IMG/VR virus record: IMGVR_UViG_3300025597_000005
DNA from: a virus
Lineage: Duplodnaviria; Caudoviricetes
Strand: one strand, 5' to 3'
DNA: 64,000 nucleotides
In this document: in pieces, positions 1-9,219 of the stretch
Layout: each line of letters begins with the position of its first letter
Numbering within the stretch: the stretch's first letter is position 1
The notes under the pieces: model-generated
What the model was told of the DNA's origin: nothing
The model's input: the letters and a program-made list of their open reading frames with translations, nothing else
The model's database searches: none
Made by a program: the position numbers and the translations under genes

Positions 1-1
1 C

Positions 2-142
2 ACCAGACGAAATATCGGATATATGATTACACCGGACGAAGAGTGTAATAATTTCGTCTGGTGCTACCACAACAAACCGAAAGAACTCAAGAAACGAGTA
101 GCACTCCTGCGCCGCATCATCGAACGGTGGGAAGATAAATGA
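2..142 (+). CDS. partial (5'-truncated) member of small paralog family A
   Basis: Frame 2 is open to TGA at 140-142. C-terminus RVALLRRIIERWEDK resembles LRKMIAEWNED of the next ORF; stop overlaps next ATG. Confidence 0.6.
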   Translation, partial: TRRNIGYMITPDEECNNFVWCYHNKPKELKKRVALLRRIIERWEDK

Positions 143-420
143 CCATCTTCGACACCTTGCGATATCCGATCAGCATACCACCTACAGTAGAAGAATTGGA
201 AGCCCTGCCGTGGGATTTGTACATACACTGGCTGGAGGTAGAGCATAAATCTTCGGCTATTGAACGTGCAACTGTTCATCGCATACTAAAAGAAATATTC
301 ACCGAGCAACCCGATTCACAGGTTGCGCGTAATATGCTAAAATCGTTGACAACCCTGCGCAAGATGATCGCAGAATGGAACGAAGATGAGCATACTGGCG
401 ACACTACGGTATCCGATTAG
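139..420 (+). CDS. hypothetical protein, paralog family A (IFDTLRYPISIPPT.EELE.LP)
   Basis: N-terminus shared with 386..637 and 3685..3942. Confidence 0.8.
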   Translation: MTIFDTLRYPISIPPTVEELEALPWDLYIHWLEVEHKSSAIERATVHRILKEIFTEQPDSQVARNMLKSLTTLRKMIAEWNEDEHTGDTTVSD

Positions 421-637
421 TATTCCGCCCACTGAGACGGAACTCGCCGTTCTACCCAACGACATCTATCATTATTGGTGTTCCACCACCTTTATGATGA
501 ATTTTGACCTGGCAAGAATAGCCAGGGCGTATGAACTTCTGTTTAAGCTCAACAGCCTGCGCACGGACGGGGAACGAGCACTCGGTATTCAGAATATTCA
601 ACGACTCCGCACACTAATCTATAACATGGATGAATAA
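386..637 (+). CDS. hypothetical protein, paralog family A
   Basis: MSILATLRYPISIPPTETELAVLP. Confidence 0.8.
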   Translation: MSILATLRYPISIPPTETELAVLPNDIYHYWCSTTFMMNFDLARIARAYELLFKLNSLRTDGERALGIQNIQRLRTLIYNMDE

Positions 638-969
638 TGAGTATCTTCGACGTCCTTAGCCTCCCACCGATCAATGAAATCACTCTTGAGGTATTGGATA
701 ATTTACCATCTGAGGTAGTTTATCTAGCCCTAGTGGAATGGGCGGTTTTGGCTGAAAATCCGGCAGCACCCGATCGGGAAAAGAATGCTGACTTCAAGGC
801 GGAATTCGAGGGCATTGAGTTTACCAGGTACGAAGCTCTTGTTGAATTAGCAAAGAATGATACACGAATAACAAGTATCTGTCGAAACATGCTCGAGGAC
901 AGAATTCAACGTGATCCCTTCTATAACGCACTCATTCGTTGGCTCAATGATTGGAACACTGATGTTTGA
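637..969 (+). CDS. hypothetical protein, divergent family A
   Basis: MSIFDVLSLPP...LDNLP; TAATG coupling to previous gene. Confidence 0.75.
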   Translation: MSIFDVLSLPPINEITLEVLDNLPSEVVYLALVEWAVLAENPAAPDREKNADFKAEFEGIEFTRYEALVELAKNDTRITSICRNMLEDRIQRDPFYNALIRWLNDWNTDV

Positions 970-978
970 TGTGCTGAA

Positions 979-1278
979 ATGAATTACCAAGAGCTGCAAA
1001 CCTTCATCAGCCTCAAGTTCCTGCCATTTAGGACTGATGCCGAATACTTTGCGTCCATTCCACAGGACGTGAAGTATAAAATGGTGACTGGTTCGCCTTG
1101 GTCATTCTTCATTACGGCAGATGAAAGGTCAGTAAGTCAGGCATTCGCACTCGGTGCAAGGCTTCACACGATCGCAGAAATTCTAAATGAAGATGATCGC
1201 ATCCACTACCAATTTGTGTACGATTGTTTTCTAAAGTATCTGACGCAATATTATCTCGAGAACGAAGATGAGCTCTAA
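979..1278 (+). CDS. hypothetical protein, paralog family B (EL.TF..LKF.P...EY...IP ... L.EYY)
   Basis: ELQTFISLKFLP...EYFASIP...LTQYY. Confidence 0.8.
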   Translation: MNYQELQTFISLKFLPFRTDAEYFASIPQDVKYKMVTGSPWSFFITADERSVSQAFALGARLHTIAEILNEDDRIHYQFVYDCFLKYLTQYYLENEDEL

Positions 1279-1462
1279 AGAAGAATTAGAATTGTACCTG
1301 CGGTTGAAGTTTTTACCCATTCAGTGGACTATGGAATATATAGAACGTCTCCCTCCGGGCATAATGGACACTTCGAGTAAGGTGGTTGCCTATCTTCGGC
1401 TGCGTGTCATTTCCGAAGATGAATTGATTAGGCGTCTAATGGAGTGTTACAAAGATGATTGA
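1268..1462 (+). CDS. hypothetical protein, paralog family B
   Basis: ELELYLRLKFLP...EYIERLP...LMECY. Confidence 0.75.
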   Translation: MSSKEELELYLRLKFLPIQWTMEYIERLPPGIMDTSSKVVAYLRLRVISEDELIRRLMECYKDD

Positions 1463-1744
1463 AGAGATCGAACTGATGGTAAGGCTAAGATTTCTACCAA
1501 TCACCTTTACGGAGGAATACGTCTCCCAATTCCCTGATGATCTGCTGAAAAATACACCGAAGTCTTTGATATGATAACTGGTGACCATCTCGGAGCACAT
1601 CAATATTACAGCGCAAGCCCCACGCTCAACCTCTTCAATTTCCTGTTTGGTGTTCAAACCTACGACCTTGAAGGGTTGATTATTCATGATCTAGTGGATT
1701 ACTACTATACTGAAGAACTCATTCGTCTCTATTCATGTGTGTAG
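1455..1744 (+). pseudogene. frameshifted family B paralog
   Basis: ATG 1455 gives MIEEIELMVRLRFLPITFTEEYVSQFP, stopping at 1574. After the A5 run (1548-1552) another frame continues to the family C-terminus DLVDYY and TAG 1742-1744. Confidence 0.65.
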
Positions 1745-1760
1745 TGTATAATGTGATATC

Positions 1761-2078
1761 ATGGACGAAAAAGAAATCGAAACCTTTGTAGAACTAAAGT
1801 TCTTCCCGCCCTTTCAGGAAAGAGGCTACCTTGATCGTGTGCCTGTTGAAGCACTAAGAATCTACCTTATCCAACAGAATATTCTCTGCGTCCGTGATGA
1901 TAGCGAATATATCTACGCTAGGTTTTGCAACATGGTAGCCTGGGATATTTCGGGCATCTCCATGAAGACCGACCCCGATGAAATTCCTGTCGTGCTCGCC
2001 AATTACATGAATACAACTCTGTGGAATAAATTTAAATCAGCCCTGGTAGAATACTATAAAAATGAAAAACGAGCTTGA
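1761..2078 (+). CDS. hypothetical protein, paralog family B
   Basis: EIETFVELKFFPP...ALVEYY; TGTATAAT upstream. Confidence 0.8.
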   Translation: MDEKEIETFVELKFFPPFQERGYLDRVPVEALRIYLIQQNILCVRDDSEYIYARFCNMVAWDISGISMKTDPDEIPVVLANYMNTTLWNKFKSALVEYYKNEKRA

Positions 2079-2328
2079 TACCTTTATAGAATTAACTTTC
2101 TATCCACCTCAATCAACGTTTGAGTATGTGGACAGGATCCCACGTGAGGTGAGAAAGAAGATAGTTAGCATGAGCAACCTATCAATGACGAAGTACGACG
2201 AGCGCACCGGCCTTCGGAAACTCATTGAAGCATACTGCTATTCGATTAATGCCTACACCACCCGTAATCAATTCTGGCAAGTCATTCGCGCTGAACTGAT
2301 AGAATATTATGAGCGAAACGAATCCTGA
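2062..2328 (+). CDS. hypothetical protein, paralog family B
   Basis: NELDTFIELTFYPP...LIEYY. Confidence 0.8.
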   Translation: MKNELDTFIELTFYPPQSTFEYVDRIPREVRKKIVSMSNLSMTKYDERTGLRKLIEAYCYSINAYTTRNQFWQVIRAELIEYYERNES

Positions 2329-2602
2329 AGTACCCACCTTTATCAAACTAAGGCATTTCCCTATTCTCGGCGGGGATGAATACTATTACTCCATTCCTAC
2401 AGAAGTGTGGATGATTATGCATGATCACCTCGTCCAGAATAACTACAAACTCTACGACACCACCCTTCGAAATCTACATAGGCGTTATGTGAAAATCAGG
2501 GATAGCGACGAAGAGACAAAAGAATACAACAAAAGCCTCCTTAGAGACTTTCCAGTCTTCTTCCTCCAATCCCTGACGGAATACTACAGCAATGAACAGT
2601 GA
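2309..2602 (+). CDS. hypothetical protein, paralog family B
   Basis: TFIKLRHFP...EYYYSIP...LTEYY. Confidence 0.8.
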   Translation: MSETNPEVPTFIKLRHFPILGGDEYYYSIPTEVWMIMHDHLVQNNYKLYDTTLRNLHRRYVKIRDSDEETKEYNKSLLRDFPVFFLQSLTEYYSNEQ

Positions 2603-2915
2603 TAACACCACATATATTCGGCTGAAGTATTATCCAGTCGAAGCTACAGAACAATATGTGAATTCTCTCCCGCCCGGTGCCATTAAAGAATTTGCCGAAA
2701 TCCTGCGCTCTGTAACTTTCACAGTCCATAACCCAACCCCCGGAAGTTGGGCGTATAAGAATGTTGATTATTCACATCTAACAGACAAAGAAGCCGCCCT
2801 TGAGTACATAGAAGATATCCTTATCTCCCATCATAACCTTTATCAAGTCGACGACCTATCAGTGCTAGTGGAAGATGGTATACTTGAAATTATCGAGAAA
2901 CATTGCAATGAATGA
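2592..2915 (+). CDS. hypothetical protein, paralog family B
   Basis: TYIRLKYYP...QYVNSLP. Confidence 0.8.
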   Translation: MNSDNTTYIRLKYYPVEATEQYVNSLPPGAIKEFAEILRSVTFTVHNPTPGSWAYKNVDYSHLTDKEAALEYIEDILISHHNLYQVDDLSVLVEDGILEIIEKHCNE

Positions 2916-3195
2916 ACTTGAATCCTTCGTACAGCTAAAATTCTACCCTCCACAATGCACAATAGAATATGTGAGGGGTATCCCTTTAGAAGTCCGAAGA
3001 CAGGTAGTTATCAAGAATAACTTTTGTCCCACCGATATCACCACCGCCTCTGAGGCTGTTGTTTCTTTCTATTTCGGAACATGCATACACCAGAAGTGGG
3101 ACGATGAAGGTGTAGATAAATCCGAACCTTACATCTTCTGGCCATCACTGCGTAATGCATTAGTTGAATACTACAGCAATGAACAACGAACATAA
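2908..3195 (+). CDS. hypothetical protein, paralog family B
   Basis: MNELESFVQLKFYPP...FWPSLRNALVEYY; start moved to ATG 2908. Confidence 0.8.
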   Translation: MNELESFVQLKFYPPQCTIEYVRGIPLEVRRQVVIKNNFCPTDITTASEAVVSFYFGTCIHQKWDDEGVDKSEPYIFWPSLRNALVEYYSNEQRT

Positions 3196-3439
3196 TTCCT
3201 TTGTAGAACTAAAGTTCTTTCCACCTAACTCCAGTCAAGAATATCTGGATTCAATTCCCTTCGAAGTAAAACATCGTGTAGTAGAAAAATACTATGCCGA
3301 GTCCAACACCGAGCACATCCTATCCACCTTCGCAAAAATAGTTGACATTGAATGGATGGACCCAAGACCGCATGATACCAAATACGCCTTCTGGCCATCA
3401 ATTAGAGAAGCTCTACTAGAATACTACAATGAGCAATGA
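3179..3439 (+). CDS. hypothetical protein, paralog family B
   Basis: SFVELKFFPP...FWPSIREALLEYY. Confidence 0.8.
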   Translation: MNNEHNSFVELKFFPPNSSQEYLDSIPFEVKHRVVEKYYAESNTEHILSTFAKIVDIEWMDPRPHDTKYAFWPSIREALLEYYNEQ

Positions 3440-3707
3440 ACTAGAAACATACGTAAAGCTAAAACACTTTTCTAGCAATGACCTAGAAGAGATAATTAAA
3501 TCTTTACCAAGAGGCGTACACGAAAAGCTATACAGCTATTTCTACGGCCCTTATGAAAGCAGAAGGTTTACACTTACCAGTGAATTCATTGCTAATCAAA
3601 TGGTCTATGTATTCTTGCACAAAGTACCATATAACCCCAAAGATCTACTACTAGAGAAAACACTAGAATACTATAGTGAAGAACATGACAATATTCGACA
3701 CGATTAA
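3429..3707 (+). CDS. hypothetical protein, paralog family B
   Basis: NELETYVKLKHF...TLEYY. Confidence 0.8.
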   Translation: MSNELETYVKLKHFSSNDLEEIIKSLPRGVHEKLYSYFYGPYESRRFTLTSEFIANQMVYVFLHKVPYNPKDLLLEKTLEYYSEEHDNIRHD

Positions 3708-3942
3708 ATATCCAATAAGCATTCCACCTACAGTAGAGGAATTAGAGTCCTTACCAGCGGCTGTAATTAGCACATGGATAGAAAAGAGCAATTTCTTAGA
3801 AAAAGATAGAATATGGAGTCACTTCACTCTTTACTTTGTACATGAATGGTCAATAAACAGTGGCGATAAAAAAGATAGTGAAGACGCTTTAGAAAGTATT
3901 AGACTATTGAAACAGTGTATATACGAATACAGTAATGAATAA
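3685..3942 (+). CDS. hypothetical protein, paralog family A
   Basis: MTIFDTIKYPISIPPTVEELESLP, nearly identical N-terminus to 139..420. Confidence 0.8.
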   Translation: MTIFDTIKYPISIPPTVEELESLPAAVISTWIEKSNFLEKDRIWSHFTLYFVHEWSINSGDKKDSEDALESIRLLKQCIYEYSNE

Positions 3943-4432
3943 CAATAACCAATCGTTCTCTTTATTCATTATTGTGGACGTAGCAATGATCGGCATTTTC
4001 ACGTGAACCTCTCTCGGCAAGACGGAGGTCAGAATTGGAATCCTAGGCAGCGATCTTGCACGAAAATCCCACATAGAAACGTCACTCAAACTGCGCGTCT
4101 AGGTGTGAAATTCGCGCCCAAATCCTGCGTATAGGCGTATAGGCACGTTTCAAAGCGATCATTGTGAAAATCAAAGGTAATCACTGTGGCTCAACGAAAA
4201 AACCGCGCTGTAATCTCATCATGCAACCCACAGTGAACACCGATTACCACTACTATACGCAATGATCACGTTTCGATATAGTGTCAATAACGTTTCAAGA
4301 ACCTATAGACTATTGTGATCTTTGCTGTATAATGAGCTTGTTAAACACATTTCACCATTGCCCACGGCGTATAACCGTGTTGAAATCCTGAAAACCGTAT
4401 AGTAACCGGCCCCAGCCACGAAAGAATAGATT

Positions 4433-4768
4433 ATGAAATTGCTTTGTTGTGCTAAGTGTAATCAAGTCTTTAGCCTTAGCTATACTTACGCTGAGTGTAA
4501 GGGCGGGCACGGGGGTGGGCAATATATCGATAACCTCAATGCGAAAGTCTGGGGTGACCCTACTGAGGTGTTCGTATTGGGCTTCGCTAACAGTAGTCTT
4601 GTTCGTGCATTGCGTGAACAGATCAACTTCGGGGATTCAGAAGAGAAGATGTACTATCCCGGTGGCCTAACGCCGAAGGGTCGTGAATTCTTGGCATTTA
4701 TCATTCCCGAAGCAGCGACGTCTGTGGAGCGTGTGGCAGTTCGCTTTGATCCTGTGGAAGTTAAGTAA
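4433..4768 (+). CDS. hypothetical protein with CxxC (possible Zn-binding)
   Basis: MKLLCCAKCNQ...EC; promoter at 4306-4333. Confidence 0.7.
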   Translation: MKLLCCAKCNQVFSLSYTYAECKGGHGGGQYIDNLNAKVWGDPTEVFVLGFANSSLVRALREQINFGDSEEKMYYPGGLTPKGREFLAFIIPEAATSVERVAVRFDPVEVK

Positions 4769-4818
4769 TGTGATGTAACCTCTTGCTATATAGTGAAGGA
4801 CTCGCTATAGTAGAGGTT

Positions 4819-5001
4819 ATGCGTATTGAACCATGTGATACAGAAGATCCTCCGGGCACTTGTGTGGATTGGAAGGCCAGTCCCTATGTGGTGCTACAGG
4901 TAGTGGATAAACTCTTGGCTAAGCACGGCCTGGAGGTTGTCGGCTATGATCTTCAATCAGATGAGTACTGCTTCGATATTCAAAAGAAGGAAACGAAATG
5001 A
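4819..5001 (+). CDS. hypothetical early protein
   Basis: ATG 4819 just after the promoter at 4783-4811. Confidence 0.6.
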   Translation: MRIEPCDTEDPPGTCVDWKASPYVVLQVVDKLLAKHGLEVVGYDLQSDEYCFDIQKKETK

Positions 5002-5369
5002 AGAAGGCAATTGCAAAGAAGTGGGTCGAGGCTCTGCGGAGTGGTGACTACAAGCAGGGAAAGAGTGCTCTTCGCACCGTGGGCCAGAACGGCAAGACGA
5101 GTTTCTGCTGCCTGGGTGTCCTGTGTAATCTTCATGCCCAAGCGCATCCGCAGATTGCGAGGACTCAGACGCATCCGGAAGTCTATCTGGGTGAGACGGA
5201 ATTCCTGCCTCGAGAAGTCATGGAGTGGGCCGGTATGAAGACTTACGATGGTTCCTACGGCGAGGAAACCGCGTACGGTCAAGAAGACGACCTGACCCAG
5301 GACAATGATTCGGGCATGAGCTTCAAGCGAATCGCCACCATCATCGAGAAGCACGTCGACGAACTGTAA
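4998..5369 (+). CDS. hypothetical phage protein (KWVEALRSGDYKQG...CCLGVLC)
   Basis: RBS AAGGA, clean ORF, motif typical of small phage proteins. Confidence 0.8.
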   Translation: MKKAIAKKWVEALRSGDYKQGKSALRTVGQNGKTSFCCLGVLCNLHAQAHPQIARTQTHPEVYLGETEFLPREVMEWAGMKTYDGSYGEETAYGQEDDLTQDNDSGMSFKRIATIIEKHVDEL

Positions 5370-5440
5370 TTCACAATGTCGTTGACTGCGGGTGGATATA
5401 CCTGCATAATACAGACATTGCAACACAGACAGGGCGTAAG

Positions 5441-5734
5441 ATGAGCTACATCGCATACCACAAGGAAACGACGCGCTACCTGGCCAACCACAAGGGTGTG
5501 AAGACGGACAAGACTGCCTTTGCGACCCAGACCGGAGCACTGTCAGCGATTACTCGTGAAGCCAATCGCGGTGTGATCAAGGCCGAGGACTTCGCGGTGC
5601 TGGAGTCCTCCGAGTTCGCCAAGATCGAGAAGACGGAGACTGTCAAGTCGCTGATGGGTGGCAAGGAAGTGGTGCAGTCGGTGAACACGCCGTGGTGCTG
5701 CAATCCGGCCAGCGAAACCTACTGGTCTACCTGA
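5441..5734 (+). CDS. hypothetical early protein (NTPWCCNPASETYW)
   Basis: Directly downstream of element 5382-5440. Confidence 0.8.
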   Translation: MSYIAYHKETTRYLANHKGVKTDKTAFATQTGALSAITREANRGVIKAEDFAVLESSEFAKIEKTETVKSLMGGKEVVQSVNTPWCCNPASETYWST

Positions 5735-5784
5735 ACAGGATAATCCATATAGAAGGTTCCGTCCGCCTACCTGATCTACAAGTC

Positions 5785-5997
5785 ATGAACTTCTTCACCT
5801 TCTTTACCTTCAACCGCTGGTCGGTGCTGGCAACGGCCATAATGGCCCCGCTGGTGGCACTCATGCCCTGGAACACGGGTCCCTACTGGCTGGATGCAAC
5901 GGCTATCTTTATCTGCACGATCATCGTCCAACTGCTGGTGGTGGGCCTGCAGAAGTTCTTCAACTACTGCTACAAGCGGTGGTTCCAACCTAAGTAA
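5785..5997 (+). CDS. small membrane protein
   Basis: Two hydrophobic segments; followed by a terminator. Confidence 0.6.
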   Translation: MNFFTFFTFNRWSVLATAIMAPLVALMPWNTGPYWLDATAIFICTIIVQLLVVGLQKFFNYCYKRWFQPK

Positions 5998-5999
5998 CC

Positions 6000-6108
6000 A
6001 ACAAAAACAAGAACAAGGAGCTTCGTGCTCCTTTTCTTGTGGGCTCTTCTATAAAACACCCATCCAGCCTTGGGGCCACCCTCCCCAGCATAGCTGATCG
6101 AACCTATG
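6000..6108 (-). ncRNA. candidate small RNA (copy 1)
   Basis: Minus-strand promoter TCGACA(6142-6137)-17-TATACT(6119-6114), terminator at about 6001-6040. A 23-nt core is shared with 19237-19259. Confidence 0.45.
6001..6040. terminator. bidirectional intrinsic terminator
   Basis: AAGGAGC-TTCGT-GCTCCTT hairpin with T-rich tails on both strands. Confidence 0.7.
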
Positions 6109-6229
6109 CATACAGTATACCCAACTTTTCATTATGTGTCGATCACTCTTACAAACTGTTACATCTTTCAAATAGGGTTGACTTTATAATGGAGAGGTAG
6201 TACACTTATATTATTGCAAGGGGACACCC

Positions 6230-6430
6230 ATGGATGATATCTATCTCAATCGCAGCCAGACTCGGGAAGAGTTCTGGTCTCCCACAGGCCTGACGCAAGC
6301 GCAGCTGGCCGAAGAGCGCAAGAAGAATGAAGAGCAGCGTCAGTGGAACGAAAACACTGCTAAGGGCAGTGACCAGCGACCGATCCACGACGGCGGCAAC
6401 TGTTCGCACGGCTACAGGGACATCATCTAG
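6230..6430 (+). CDS. hypothetical early protein
   Basis: Promoter 6178, RBS GGGGA. Confidence 0.7.
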   Translation: MDDIYLNRSQTREEFWSPTGLTQAQLAEERKKNEEQRQWNENTAKGSDQRPIHDGGNCSHGYRDII

Positions 6431-6485
6431 TAGTAGACCAACAAGGATCCTTGTGCTATAGTATTAGCACAGTAAGGAGCACATC

Positions 6486-6800
6486 GTGACCGACAAAGGC
6501 AAGAGTCTGCAACAAATGGTTAACCAGCTCAATGCAGAGATGCGTAAGCTGGAGATCCTGACTTCCAAGTTCGATCACGACACAATCTGGGAGGTATACA
6601 AGACCAATGCCGACATCGAACAACTCGAGCTCGTGCATCAAGGCCTGGATCGTGACATTGCTGAGAGCAAGATGACACGCCTTTTCGCCGCGTCGGGTTA
6701 CGAACAAGACCTGATGCTCCACAACCGCAAGACGCAGATGCCCATGGCTCTGCTGTTCAGCGAACGCACCAAACAAGCTCGCGGGGAATGTCAAGGATGA
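6486..6800 (+). CDS. hypothetical early protein
   Basis: Element 6434, RBS AAGGAG, GTG start. Confidence 0.75.
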   Translation: MTDKGKSLQQMVNQLNAEMRKLEILTSKFDHDTIWEVYKTNADIEQLELVHQGLDRDIAESKMTRLFAASGYEQDLMLHNRKTQMPMALLFSERTKQARGECQG

Positions 6801-6991
6801 AGAAGGTTCTGATCCTCTACCGGAAGAGCAAGTTCTATCCGGATCCGGTCGTCTGCTGCGCCATTGAAGTCATCGACGGCAGCTACGTCGATGCCATGCG
6901 TCAACGGGATGCGTGGGTGCATAACTTCACGCAGAAGTTTCCCGAGTTCAAGGATGCAACCTTTTCAACCGAAGAAACTGAAGTGATCTAG
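6788..6991 (+). CDS. hypothetical protein
   Basis: Overlaps previous stop. Confidence 0.65.
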   Translation: MSRMKKVLILYRKSKFYPDPVVCCAIEVIDGSYVDAMRQRDAWVHNFTQKFPEFKDATFSTEETEVI

Positions 6992-6999
6992 GAGTAATC

Positions 7000-7182
7000 A
7001 TGCTCTGCTCACATGGTGTGCCGTACGAGTCCCGCTGCTCTCACTGTGCCCAAGAGGCTATGGAAAGAGTGCGAAATCAGGCGAAATTTACACCGCCCAA
7101 CAAGGACGACGTGTCCGAGCAGCAGAGACATGACTTCTGGGCACAGATCTATCGTCAAGGTGTTGACAAGCCGGTCTACTGA
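7000..7182 (+). CDS. hypothetical Cys/His-rich protein
   Basis: RBS AGGAG; CSHG...CSHC. Confidence 0.65.
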   Translation: MLCSHGVPYESRCSHCAQEAMERVRNQAKFTPPNKDDVSEQQRHDFWAQIYRQGVDKPVY

Positions 7183-7197
7183 CCACATAATACATAC

Positions 7198-7608
7198 ATG
7201 GAACAGCACCTGCGTGATCAGATCAAGCAAGTAGCGGATGAAGTTCGTTACTGGGCTGAATGCACTGCACCCAGTCTGGGGCATGACGAAGAAAGCCTCA
7301 GTGGCATGTGTGCCATTGCTAGTGCCGAACTGTGGAAGAAGTTGCGCATGCGTAGCATCCACGGCACCTTGCATGTGGCCGAACACGACTGGGGTTCGCA
7401 TGCCTTCCTGATCATCGACGACCATGTGGTTTGCGTCACGGGCACTCAGTTCCCCGAGTTTCGAAATCAACCTGTCGTGATCATCCACAGCAAGGAAGCT
7501 GAGGTTCACGAATACTATCAATCGATGTGGGAGTTCATGACTCCCAAAGAGCTCCGCGAGTGGCAGCAACGCTATCGCTGGCCCAAGAACCAAACCGCAA
7601 CGGCATAA
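7198..7608 (+). CDS. hypothetical protein, possibly transglutaminase/papain-like; leaderless
   Basis: GMCAIAS...HAFL...VCVTGTQF; ATG 6 nt after CATAAT. Confidence 0.7.
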   Translation: MEQHLRDQIKQVADEVRYWAECTAPSLGHDEESLSGMCAIASAELWKKLRMRSIHGTLHVAEHDWGSHAFLIIDDHVVCVTGTQFPEFRNQPVVIIHSKEAEVHEYYQSMWEFMTPKELREWQQRYRWPKNQTATA

Positions 7609-7617
7609 AGATTTCAA

Positions 7618-7875
7618 ATGAGCGTCCAGCAGAGACTCAGTGTTGCCCAAGAGGCGATGCAGATGACTCCGTACACGCACCGGTATGCCGGCCGTGAACT
7701 CATGCTATTCGAGAAGTGGGAGATCCTTTTCGAAGGGCAGGTGGTTCGTACGATCACCGGGGTCGACAACGACTTCATGGTCCACATGATCTGGATGATG
7801 AATACTGCCTACTCCTGCGGTTACCTGAGCGGCCACACGGCAGGGCAATTTTACAAGGAAGAACCTGCGGTCTGA
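7618..7875 (+). CDS. hypothetical protein
   Basis: Clean ORF in gene run. Confidence 0.65.
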   Translation: MSVQQRLSVAQEAMQMTPYTHRYAGRELMLFEKWEILFEGQVVRTITGVDNDFMVHMIWMMNTAYSCGYLSGHTAGQFYKEEPAV

Positions 7876-7972
7876 TTTGGATTCCTAAATAACAAAAATA
7901 AATCAGAAACCCGGATTGACCTTTGTGCGCAATTTGCGTACACTATACGCATACACACAGAAGGATCTGTAA

Positions 7973-8212
7973 ATGCTGCACAGTGTCGAACAAGTCAAGG
8001 CCGCTATGGCTCTTAGCACGGAAGAGCTGCGTCGGATTACCGAATCAAGCGGTTACCGCAGCGAAGGCTACAAGAGCGCAGAGTGCTGGGGCATGAACGA
8101 AAGCGGCCGCTTTGTGTACTTCGTCGAATATATCGATAGTACCAATGGCAACGGCATGTGCGAGGTCTACATCACCATCAAGGCCGGTGGCGGCTACGAA
8201 TTGGAGTTCTGA
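7973..8212 (+). CDS. hypothetical early protein
   Basis: Promoter 7916, RBS AAGGA. Confidence 0.75.
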   Translation: MLHSVEQVKAAMALSTEELRRITESSGYRSEGYKSAECWGMNESGRFVYFVEYIDSTNGNGMCEVYITIKAGGGYELEF

Positions 8213-8214
8213 TC

Positions 8215-8523
8215 ATGAGCATGCGTAAGCATAAGCGAGTCGTGCAGGCTCGCATGAAGCACGACCTGTTCTACAACTTCCCCATCGGGCAATGGTTGGA
8301 TCGCTTCAAGATGATCCCCGTGTCGCCCGAAGTGAAGAGGCTCTCCGAGGAATTCTGCAAGCAGATCTTCGAAAACGGCAAGACGATCGCCATCGATGGT
8401 GTCGACTTCTTCATCACCGAACCCCACATCCAGCACGAGATCTGGAAGCGTATGCAACAAGAAAAGCTGATCGGCAACGAACTGCCGGGCAGCAACGTGG
8501 TTTTCGAAGGAGCTACTAACTGA
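8215..8523 (+). CDS. hypothetical protein
   Basis: ATG 8215 after GGAG. Confidence 0.7.
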   Translation: MSMRKHKRVVQARMKHDLFYNFPIGQWLDRFKMIPVSPEVKRLSEEFCKQIFENGKTIAIDGVDFFITEPHIQHEIWKRMQQEKLIGNELPGSNVVFEGATN

Positions 8524-8610
8524 GTTTCATCTTCCTGTAGACCAGAACCCTCAGTCCTGCTATAGTAATGACACTGCAATAACGCAGCAACAAACGTGGA
8601 GCACACTGCA

Positions 8611-8796
8611 ATGAAGCGTCTTTTCCGAGTCAACAACGAGTTCTTCGGCGACAAGAAGGCTGCCAAGGCGGCCCGTGGCGAACCGACCAAGAAGGCCCAG
8701 ACCGAGACCGTGAACGGCCGCACGATCCACTACCCGGCGACCTACGCCAGCAAGGTGGAACTGGGCCCGGATCACCGCCACTACGCCGGCCGCTGA
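8611..8796 (+). CDS. small basic hypothetical protein
   Basis: Element 8538; RBS GGAG. Confidence 0.75.
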   Translation: MKRLFRVNNEFFGDKKAAKAARGEPTKKAQTETVNGRTIHYPATYASKVELGPDHRHYAGR

Positions 8797-8828
8797 ACCC
8801 CCAACCGTCAACGACAAGGAGAACTGCA

Positions 8829-9086
8829 ATGCTGAAGATCACCGTCAAGCGCGAGAAGGTCACCATCGACGACCGCCGTGCCGTCATCGTGCTGGCCCGC
8901 GGCCGGAAGCCGGCTGACATCGCCAAGGTCCCGCAAGAAGCGTTCCTGCGCCAGCAGCTGAAGGCGCGCATGGGCATCGCCAAGGACGAACCGGCTTCCG
9001 AATCCATCAAGGAAGCGGCCAAGCAGATGGCTGCCGCACTGGCCCCGGCTGCTACCCCGGCCAAGGAAGAAGCACCGGCGGCGTGA
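8829..9086 (+). CDS. small Ala/Lys-rich protein
   Basis: RBS AAGGAG; followed by a GC hairpin and T-tract (9093-9160). Confidence 0.75.
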   Translation: MLKITVKREKVTIDDRRAVIVLARGRKPADIAKVPQEAFLRQQLKARMGIAKDEPASESIKEAAKQMAAALAPAATPAKEEAPAA

Positions 9087-9219
9087 GTTTCCGGGGGAGG
9101 CGTCGCATGGGCCTGTGTGCCCCGGACACGAGTTCCGTAGCCTCCCCCATTTTTCTTCCTTCTGTTGACAACAGGCCCCAACGCCTGCATAATACAGACA
9201 TCGCAACAAGGACTGCAAC

